This document shows, in pieces, positions 54,165 to 62,300 of a DNA stretch of 64,000 nt. Within the stretch, counting starts at the first letter, position 1; every line of letters begins with the position of its first letter. Origin of the DNA: Melittangium boletus DSM 14713 (lineage in GTDB: Bacteria > Myxococcota > Myxococcia > Myxococcales > Myxococcaceae); contig NZ_CP022163.1 of assembly GCF_002305855.1 (NCBI RefSeq), positions 7,131,765-7,195,764 of the forward strand. The letters run 5' to 3'. Below the pieces are notes generated by a model that saw only the letters and a list, made by a program, of their open reading frames with translations, did no database searches and was not told the DNA's origin. A program made the translations under genes and the position numbers.

Positions 54165-55934
54165 GTGCCATTCCCTGACAGTGACCGACGGCGGTGGTTG
54201 GAGGAACTGCGTGTCCTCCACCAACGACACCCCAACATCCTGCGAATTGAGGAGCGTCCGGTGACCTTCGCCGAAGGCACGGTCGATACTGCGGTTGGAT
54301 CCCGGCGATACCGGCTGGTATGGCCGCCGGAGTTTCCCTTGCGCCCGCCCGTTACCTGGGAGTTGTCGGCCGATGGCGCAGACGTCATCGACCATCGCGC
54401 CCATGGGTACACGTTCCGGGATCTGAGTCTGTGCTTGTTCGCGCATGACCCTCGACAGGGATGGCGACCAGAGTACACGGCGGGAGAGGCACTCGATCGG
54501 CTCGTGGCGTATCTGGAGCAGGAGGCTCACGGCGAGTTCCCTCGAATCGAGGACATCCCCCTGACGACGGACTTCATCAGGGTCTCCGTGCCGCTGAGCA
54601 TCGCGGCGGCGCTGCGTCAGGGGGGCGGATGGGGAATATTGACGGTGCGTGGTCGGAAGGACGGGAGACTCCTACGCGTGATGAGCGTGGATGGAACCTC
54701 GCCCTCGCCGATCATCACCAGGCCTCTTGAGGCCGACCTGGAAGCGCCGTGGGTCGCCGCGCTGGGGTTGGACCATCCGCGGCAGGGCTTGTGGTGCAGG
54801 ATCAATAAGACTGTGGAGCAGGTCCCTTCGTCGCGGCACAGGCTCGAAGGTTGGATTAGACAGCAGCTCCCGAACGAGCATGCACGGCAGTTGTTCATGG
54901 CGCAGGCGTTGATCCTGCTGGTGTTGAACGACGGGTTGAGATTCGTCCTCATAAAGGCCGGAACCACTCCGGACACGAACCCCGAAGAGAGGTTGATCTA
55001 CGTAGAGCCCTTCGAAGAAAACCTCGAGGAGCGCATCTTCCGGCGCGTTGACGATCGACTCGGGGGCGTCGGGGGGCTCCAGCGCGCGCAGGTCGCGATC
55101 GTCGGGGTAGGCAGCCTTGGCAGCAGTGTCGCGGTCGTGCTTGCGAAGGCCGGCGTGAGTAAGTTCGTGCTCCTCGACCCGGAATTGCTCGACCCAGAGA
55201 ACGTGGCGCGGCACGTGGGTGGCGTGGACGAGATCTGTTTGCCCAAGGTGGAGGTTGTGAGCAGGGCGATCCATCGGATCAATCCCGCTGCGGAAGTGGT
55301 CCAGGTGCAAGCTGCGCTCTCGTTGGATCCGGTTGGCTGGGGAAAGGATCCGACGCAGCACCTCATCGAGGTGACACGTCATCCGCTGGGCATCATCGTC
55401 TGTGCCACCGCCACGACCGAGGCGGAGAGCGTGGTCAACCATCTGTGTGTGATCCACGCATGCCCCGGGATCTTCACCGCCGTATTAGGACGCGCGGAGC
55501 ACGGGCGGGTATTCAGGGTCCTGCCGGGGGTAACACCTTGCTATCAGTGTGTGCTGAACGCTCAATACGCGGAGCCCGGTCGATTTCCGCGCTTCGACCG
55601 CGTTGACATGGGCGTCCCTGCCTATCAGCAACAAGGACTCCCCGGGCTCGGGATGGACGTTGAGCAAGTCGCGCTGATCACCGCGCGGATGACGTTGCAG
55701 ACTCTCGGAGAGCGGAGCGAGGGTGAGCTCGATTACCCGAAGGCTCACGGGGATCACCTGATCTGGTCCAATCACGGAGGATGGGCAGTCGATGGTCCGC
55801 TTCAGACGAGGGTGGAACTCATCCCACGAGATCGCGCATGCCCCGTATGTGGGATTGGGAATGAACTCCCGCTATCCTTGGAAGAGGAGAAAGAATTGGC
55901 TGCCCTGCAAGTGGACCGTTTGAAGAGGTCTTGA
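54165..55934 (+). CDS. Cap2-like E1/E2 fusion protein (ThiF/MoeB-type E1 adenylation domain with an N-terminal E2-like region)
   Basis: E1 Rossmann fold 'VAIVGVGSLGSSVAVVLAKAGVSKFVLLDPELLDPENVARH'. Two CxxC pairs (CYQC, CPVC). N-terminal about 270 aa with 'HPNI' and a downstream Cys ('LSLCLF'), possibly E2-like. Confidence 0.6.
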   Translation: MPFPDSDRRRWLEELRVLHQRHPNILRIEERPVTFAEGTVDTAVGSRRYRLVWPPEFPLRPPVTWELSADGADVIDHRAHGYTFRDLSLCLFAHDPRQGWRPEYTAGEALDRLVAYLEQEAHGEFPRIEDIPLTTDFIRVSVPLSIAAALRQGGGWGILTVRGRKDGRLLRVMSVDGTSPSPIITRPLEADLEAPWVAALGLDHPRQGLWCRINKTVEQVPSSRHRLEGWIRQQLPNEHARQLFMAQALILLVLNDGLRFVLIKAGTTPDTNPEERLIYVEPFEENLEERIFRRVDDRLGGVGGLQRAQVAIVGVGSLGSSVAVVLAKAGVSKFVLLDPELLDPENVARHVGGVDEICLPKVEVVSRAIHRINPAAEVVQVQAALSLDPVGWGKDPTQHLIEVTRHPLGIIVCATATTEAESVVNHLCVIHACPGIFTAVLGRAEHGRVFRVLPGVTPCYQCVLNAQYAEPGRFPRFDRVDMGVPAYQQQGLPGLGMDVEQVALITARMTLQTLGERSEGELDYPKAHGDHLIWSNHGGWAVDGPLQTRVELIPRDRACPVCGIGNELPLSLEEEKELAALQVDRLKRS

Positions 55935-56187
55935 GCAGTCAGAATGGACGGGAGAGCGCGGATCATTTTCTTTGGTCGGCGCATAGATAGATGGCGCCCC
56001 ACCCCTCGAATCCCCCAAGGCGCTGACGGCCGAGGCAGGCTGCGGCCGGGTGACACACGCAGGCTGGTCGCTGGGCCGGTGGAGAGGCCGTGCAGCCGCT
56101 TCAAAAAAGCACTGGCTTGCGATGGCTTTCACCCGCTTGGGGCGTCTTCCCTTTTGAGTGCGAAAGGCGGATGAGACGGAGGTGCTA

Positions 56188-57123
56188 ATGAGGATCGCGG
56201 AGTTCTTGGAAGAGCTGTTCCTGGACCTGATTCAGGATGTCGAACCCACCCCCAGCCAGAAAGAGGATGCCCAGCGGACACACCACACCCTGCGGTACCG
56301 GTTGGACTCCGGGAACATCGGGCTTCGCATCATCGACTCGTATCTGAGCGGCAGCTACGTGCGGCATACAGCGATTGCTCCGCTCGATGACGTCGACATT
56401 ATCTTCCTCATCGATCCGTCCAAGTGGCCGCGCGGCTTTCTTGCGGATAAGCCCTCCCCCAGCGTAGTCCTCACCACGTTCGAGCGCGCCATTCGCTACC
56501 GGTATCCCGACAGCGTAGTCCAGAGGCAGCGCCGCTCGGTGGGGCTGGCGCTCCACAAGATGCATATCGATGTGGTGCCCGCCATTCTCGAGTCCTCCGA
56601 GAGCGGCCGAATCTATGTCTTGGACTCAGAGACGGAAGAGTGGATTCTTTCCGCTCCGAGGGTTCATGCTGAGCACACGACACGCGTCAATAAACAGCGG
56701 GAGGGACGCTTTGTCCCCCTGGTCAAGGTGCTGAAGTTCTGGAACAAGCGCCTCCCCTCCACCGCGTGTTTGAAGTCCTTCACCATTGAGACGACTGCGG
56801 TGCGGCTCTTCTCCGAGGTTGGTTTCAGCTCGTTTACGGAAGGTGCGCTCCTGTTCTTCGACTTTCTGGCCCAGTTTGCGGGAGAAGCCCGGCAGAACTG
56901 GAGGAGTGACTTCGGTATCAAGCTGAGCCGCTGGGCGTGGACTCCCACGGTCCTCGATGTCGCTGGCACGGGAAGCAACCTCGTGGCGGGGCTGGAGGAA
57001 CAGCGCCGCGTCAAATTCCTTCAGCACGCGGTGTCCAGCCGCAACCGCCTATTCGAAGCGCTCGATGCGCGGACTCCGGAGCGTTGCGAGAACCGGTTCC
57101 AAGCAGCCTTCCGCATCTATTAG
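56188..57123 (+). CDS. CD-NTase-like nucleotidyltransferase, paralogue 3 (closest to paralogue 1)
   Basis: 'GSYVRHTAIAPLDDVDIIFLID' and 'IDVVPAI'. Colinear similarity to paralogue 1 through the helical domain ('LVKVLKFWN...LKSFTIETTAVRLF'). The ORF track start is 56158; the ATG at 56188 (MRIAEF) is preferred. Confidence 0.6.
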   Translation: MRIAEFLEELFLDLIQDVEPTPSQKEDAQRTHHTLRYRLDSGNIGLRIIDSYLSGSYVRHTAIAPLDDVDIIFLIDPSKWPRGFLADKPSPSVVLTTFERAIRYRYPDSVVQRQRRSVGLALHKMHIDVVPAILESSESGRIYVLDSETEEWILSAPRVHAEHTTRVNKQREGRFVPLVKVLKFWNKRLPSTACLKSFTIETTAVRLFSEVGFSSFTEGALLFFDFLAQFAGEARQNWRSDFGIKLSRWAWTPTVLDVAGTGSNLVAGLEEQRRVKFLQHAVSSRNRLFEALDARTPERCENRFQAAFRIY

Positions 57124-57663
57124 CTCGCCAGCTCACGGCCGAAACGCATAGATGGGATGAGATGCCGTGATGTCCAGTCATGAGGTCGTTAAACGCCTGC
57201 GCCTCCCGCAGGGAGGGGGAGCGGGGGATGAACGAAGGTGAAGGGCTTGTCGCTGTTGGTGATGGCGCAGAGGGCGTGCATGAGTTCGCGCATGCACCAT
57301 CTGCCTGTTCGAAGGCGTGGTGGAGTGGGGGAGCCGCGGGTATTTCTTCCCCACCTTTTCCCCACGGGGGACACGCCAGAGCCTGCCAGGACAGGCCATC
57401 TTCAGAGGGAAAAGCCAGAGTTTGCCCCTGCCCAGCCCTGATTCGTAATCAGGGGGCGCTGGCTTGTGCGCGGGGGCGAGCCGAGGAGCAGTGGCCTCTG
57501 TGCCATGGGGCCTCTCCATGTGCCGCGTATGTCCCCCTCCAGCGCGGATTCAGGGGGGACCAGGGGGGACGACACAGCACGAGACGGGATGATGTCCCTA
57601 GTAAAATCAAGGCGATAGCGGGTAACTGCGCGTCCTGCTTGGGGTTTTCTACCGCCCTGCCCA

Positions 57664-57693
57664 GGGTTCGAGCCCCGGCTCGTGCATTTCCCA
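57664..57693 (+). repeat. Direct repeat of the 3' end of tRNA-Leu (about 30 bp; putative att site of an integrated island)
   Basis: GGGTTCGAGCCCCGGCTCGTGCATTTCC matches the T-arm and acceptor 3' end of the tRNA-Leu at 44190-44222 (GGGTTCGATCCCCGGCTCGTGCATTCC) with one or two mismatches. Confidence 0.5.
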
Positions 57694-57875
57694 ACCTGCC
57701 ATCGACGCGGGGGTGAAGAGGGGCCGGTCCCCCTCGACAGGGGCCATTCCGGTCACCATCGGACAGTGCCACCCGTTTTCTACCCAGGGAGGCTCGTTCC
57801 AGGCTTCGTTGCCCGAATGCGTGCTTGCGTCTGTAGAGGAAGTCGGTTACTTACCCGCCCACGTCGGAGGAAGTC

Positions 57876-57949
57876 GCGCGATTAGCTCAGCTGGATAGAG
57901 CGTTGGCCTCCGAAGCCAAAGGCCGCAGGTTCGACTCCTGCATCGCGCA
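57876..57949 (+). tRNA. tRNA-Arg (anticodon CCG)
   Basis: Acceptor GCGCGAT/ATCGCGC plus A. D-arm TAGCTCAGCTGGATAGAGC. Anticodon arm TTGGC-CTCCGAA-GCCAA. T-arm GCAGG-TTCGACT-CCTGC. Confidence 0.8.
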
Positions 57950-57958
57950 CTGAGGCAA

Positions 57959-58010
57959 GGGCCCGGAATCGTTGGGGAGCTCCCCCACTGGTTCCGGGCC
58001 CTTCGCTTTT
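57959..58010 (+). terminator. Rho-independent terminator after tRNA-Arg
   Basis: 10-bp perfect stem GGGCCCGGAA / TTCCGGGCCC around an internally palindromic loop, followed by TTCGCTTTT. Confidence 0.5.
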
Positions 58011-58287
58011 CCCGGCTCCACCTTGCCGCAAGGATGCGGCAAGGCCGTTCCCGGCCATGCCTCAGCGTGGGGCCTGCCCCACCGCGACCGTTCAGGCTGC
58101 CTCCTCCTCCTGGACGCTGGGCGGGCTAGGCAACTGGGGGCGTAGCCCGAACTGGAGGCTGTCCACCTCCGCGCGGAGGTAGTCCGGGGTTGGGGCCGCT
58201 GTATCGTCCGACGGCTCGCGCCTCGTTGAATGCGCGGCTGACGAATCCCCGCAGGGGGGGTTGAGCGTCTGGGGGACAGTTGGCGCG

Positions 58288-58617
58288 CTATCGTGCTCCG
58301 ATAAACCACACGATGTCACCCAGGTCAGGGCGGCGCCCGAGTGCGGCCCACTCCGCGTCCATTCGCGCGAGTTGCTCCTCCGCTGTTCCCTCCCAAGGCG
58401 CAAAAGCCCCGCCCGGCAAGAGGTGGACGGCCCGGAGCGCCCCGCTGGTCAGCAAGGGACGTAGGGCGCTCAGTGTTTCCAGGCGCACCTCGTCCTCTGT
58501 TGCGCCGGGCCGCCATTCGCGGATGTCCGCCGCCAGCCACCACAGGCCCAAGTCGCTGCTCATCGCGTCTCGGGCCCAGCCTCGCTGGATGTCCTCCACC
58601 GTCTGCTGATCGCTCAT
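58288..58617 (-). CDS. Hypothetical small cytoplasmic protein, translationally coupled to the upstream secreted protein (possible immunity-like partner)
   Basis: 109-aa ORF with no signal peptide and an ATGA overlap with the preceding gene. No recognisable family. Confidence 0.35.
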   Translation of the reverse strand: MSDQQTVEDIQRGWARDAMSSDLGLWWLAADIREWRPGATEDEVRLETLSALRPLLTSGALRAVHLLPGGAFAPWEGTAEEQLARMDAEWAALGRRPDLGDIVWFIGAR

Positions 58618-59141
58618 GGAAGAAACTTGATCTCTCGAATACCGAGCCCTTGAACGGTGACGTCGATGGTCGGTGGGCCCGACGTCGAAGAGGGACGCAG
58701 GCCGACCGTGCCTCCATTCGGGAGGCGCACCAACTGGCCCGGATAGGAGGTACCCGTTACGCGCGTCCCGCTGCCTGAGAGTTGCGCGAACAGCTTCTCT
58801 GCATCGCGGAGGCCACCCTTGATGACTCTGATCTTGGGGCTGGAGCCCTCGGAGCCGATGAGCCGCCCTCCGGGTCGCAGCAAGTCCTCGATGACCTGGG
58901 GTGGGGAAGGGGCTCCTGGTTGCGCCGCCTGGCCTTGCCGCGCTTGAGGCTGGGTCGGCGAGGGCTTGGCCTTCGCAACGGCCTGCTCAATCTCCGCTGC
59001 CTTCTCCGGGTCGGCCACGCGGAGGGCCTCGCAGGCTGTTGGAGATCCCTGCTTGCACCCGCACACCGCAGTTCCATCCGTCGGTGAGCAGGGCGCATGC
59101 GCGAGCATCAAGGCTAGGAAGTAGAGGAGCACGAGCCCCAA
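58614..59141 (-). CDS. Hypothetical secreted protein (signal peptide, Cys-rich N-terminus, Pro/Ala/Gln linker, compact C-terminal domain); possible toxin-like
   Basis: Signal peptide MGLVLLYFLALMLAHAPCS. Its stop overlaps the start of the downstream 109-aa ORF (ATGA). Confidence 0.4.
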   Translation of the reverse strand: MGLVLLYFLALMLAHAPCSPTDGTAVCGCKQGSPTACEALRVADPEKAAEIEQAVAKAKPSPTQPQARQGQAAQPGAPSPPQVIEDLLRPGGRLIGSEGSSPKIRVIKGGLRDAEKLFAQLSGSGTRVTGTSYPGQLVRLPNGGTVGLRPSSTSGPPTIDVTVQGLGIREIKFLP

Positions 59142-59353
59142 GCTACTCGGGGTCTACCTGGTGAGGAACGCCTCCAAGGCAGCGAGCCGGACGCGGATGG
59201 CGTTATCGTGAAACCCCGCGACCGGATGGACCGGTTGGACAGCCCGATCCCAACCCCCTGTCAGCCCCTTGCAAGTGCCGTGTTGGGACTATGGCGGCGA
59301 GTTCTTCGCAGCCTCCCCCAGGGATGCAGGGGAGGCTCCTCTCCAGCGCTGGT

Positions 59354-62300
59354 TCAGGGCTCTGGTTTGGAGGTCTCCGCGCGGCGCAGGTCTCCCACCA
59401 ACCGGGCCAGTTCCGCGATGGTCGGCGCCTCGAAGAGCACTCGGATGGGCAGCTCCATCCCGAGCGCGGAGACCAGCCGCGGGCGCAGCTGACTGGCGAT
59501 CATCGAGTTGCCGCCCAACTCGAAGAAGTTGTCGCGGATGCCCACCTGCTCGATGCCAAAGGTCTGCTGCCAGAGCGCCGCGATGGTTCGCTCCGTCTCG
59601 TCTCGAGGTGCCTCGTAGCCACTCGGAAGGCTCGGTCGGGCGTGGAGCCGCCGCGGCGCGGAGGCCTCGGGTTCGTGCCGTCCCGACAGCGTCTCGGTGA
59701 GGGCTCGCCGGTCCGCCAGCCGCAGTGTCACCGGAGAGACCTGGACGCAGCCCGGTGCCTCCGTGCCCAGTACCCTCGAGATGGCTCGCACGGCCTCGTC
59801 CGGGGTGAGGGTGAGCGCTTCCAGCACCGAACCCTTCCGGGCCTGCACCGCCTGGGCTCCTCCCTCCAGCGGCCCCCTCCAGTCGATGCCGATCCACGCC
59901 CAGGTGCTCTCCTGCGCCCGCTGTTGCACCAGTGCCGCGATCAATTCACGGGAGGCGAGGCCGGACGCGCCCTCCATTCCTCGCGCGGGCGCCGTGGGCG
60001 AAGACTGCAACACACAGAAGTCCAGCGCTTGTCCTTCCAGCGCTCCCGCCAGCACCAGCAGCTCCCATCCTCCCGCCTCCTCTCCCTCCTCTGGCGCGTG
60101 CAGGACGCCATGCAGCGCTCCGAAGCGGGTCTTCGTCTGCTCCAGCACCGATTGGTACTGCTCCAGGTTTCCTGGCTCGGCCCGTAGCGTCAGCACCTCG
60201 GCTCCCTGGGTCTGGAGCGCCTGCACCTCGCTCATGGGCAGCTCCGTGCGGCCCACCACCACCAATCGGGCCTGGACGGTACGCGCCAGGTGCTCGGCCA
60301 GTGCGCGCGTCAGTCCACTCGCGCCTCCCGTGAGCAGGTAGGTGCCTCGCTGCCTCAATCGCGGCTCCGAGGTGGCGGGCGCGAGCTTCAGGGGCTCTTG
60401 CGACCGCACCCAACGGCGTGGACCACGCAGCGCCACCGGGTTCGTCTCGTGCCCGGAGGTGACTTCCGCGAAGAGCTGTCGCACCAGGCGCGCCGCCTGG
60501 GGCGTGCCTTTCGCCGGTGTCACCACGTCGATGGGGTGGGCCCTCAGGTGTGGGTACTCCCGGCTCAGTGCCTCGCAGGCTCCCAGCACCAGGGCCTTCT
60601 CGGGGTGCAGGGACTCCTCGCCCGTCACCGCTTGCAGATGGCTGGTGAGCACGTGAACGGGCAGCACTTCTCCGGCGTTGGCCGGCCGCGCTCCGAGCGC
60701 CTGGGCGAGGTGTCGCAGGCTTTGAAAGCCCTGGCGCCAGGCCGTCTCGTAGCGCTTGCGCGGCGTGGAGGCGTTGTCCTCCCCCGTGACATTCCACAGG
60801 TGGACGATGGCCGTGGGCCGCTGGTCGCGCTCGTGCAGATGGCGCAGCAGGGCCTCGTGGTCCGTGGGGCTCACCGGGTCGATGGTGAAGGTCGTGGGGC
60901 TCGGGTGGGTGAAGCCCTCGCCTGGCTTCACCGTGAGCACCTGGTGGCCCGCCTTCTCCAACTCGAGCGCCAGCGCCTCGCCCACTCCCTGCTCGTCCTG
61001 GAAGAACAGCCATCGTCCAGGGGATGCGCTCTCCTGGACTCGTTCGTCTCCTCGGACGGGAGTGCTCGTGTTCGACTGTTTCCAGCTCGGCGCGTGGAAC
61101 CAGTCCGCGAGGTCCGTTTCCCGGTTCGCCATGCGCTCCCGTTTCCCCTGCGTCGCTTCCTTCGCGTCCGGCGGATCCATCCAGTAGCGCTGCCGCTCGA
61201 AGGGGTAGGAGGGAAGGGGAACGCGGCGGCGGCGCTCGTGGGCGTAAAAGCCCATCCAGTCGACGGGGACGCCCTCCATCCACAGACGGCCGAGGGTGGA
61301 CAGGAGGAAGGCGGAGTCGGACTGTTTCTCCTGGGGGTGGCGAGTGGAGGAGAAGACGGGAGTGGAGCGCGAGTGCTGCTTGGCCAGGGAAGAGAGGACC
61401 TGGCCGGGGCCCACCTCCAGCAGCACGCGCGAAGAGTCGGAGAGGAGCGTGCGCAGGCCCTCGGAGAAGCGCACGGTGTGGCGCAGGTGTCGGGCCCAGT
61501 AGGCGGGGGTGGCGACTTCGTCGGTGGCCCAGGTGCCAGTGACGTTGGAGACGAAGGGGAGGGAGGGGGAGTGGAAGCGGAGGGAGGAGAGGACGCGGGA
61601 GAATTCGGGGAGGATGGGCTCCACCATCTCCGAGTGGCTGGAGACGGAGATGCGCACGCGGTGACACTCGGTGCCCTCGGAGGAGAGTTGGCGCTGGAGG
61701 GAGTCGATGGCGTCGGAAGGGCCGGAGACAACGCAGAGGGAGGGGGCGTTGATGGCGGCGAGGGAGAGGCCCGGAGCGAGGCGGGAGCGGACGTGGGCCT
61801 CGGGGAGGGAGACGGAGAGCATGGCGCCCGAGGGGAGGGACTCGAAGAGGCGGGCGCGGGTGAGGACGAGGGTGAGGGCGTCCTCGAGGGAGAAGACGCC
61901 GGCGAGACAGGCGGCGGCGTACTCACCCAGGGAGTGGCCGATGAGGGCCTGGGGCCGAATGCCGAAGGAGAGCCAGAGGCGGGCCAGGGCGTATTCGGTG
62001 GTGAAGAGGGCGGGCAGGCCGTAGAGGCCGCGCTGCAGGAGGCGGGAGGCTTCCTCGGCCTTGTCGGGGAAGGGGTAGAGCAGGGAGCGCAAGTCCAGGC
62101 CGAGGTGGGGCTGGAGGAAGCGGGCGCAGCGCTCCACCTCCTGGCGGAAGACGGGCTCGGAGTCGTGGAGCTCGCGAGCCATGTCCGGGTACTGCGCTCC
62201 TCCTCCCGGAAACATGAAGGCCACGGGGCGCTCGCTGGCCTCCATCAGGTTCGACGGCATGCGCGACAGATCCTGAGCGTCGAGCACGGAGAGGGCGTCC

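Noticed and set aside
54672-55457. 261-aa minus-strand ORF opposite the Cap2-like gene
   Set aside because: Antisense to an ORF with a clear ThiF/E1 Rossmann motif.
57575-57690. tRNA-like region with 5' GCACGAG and 3' CTCGTGCA ends that could pair as an acceptor stem
   Set aside because: At about 115 nt it is too long for a tRNA, and the internal sequence does not fold into D or anticodon arms. Only the last roughly 30 nt match tRNA-Leu, so I treat it as an att-type 3' repeat, not a gene.
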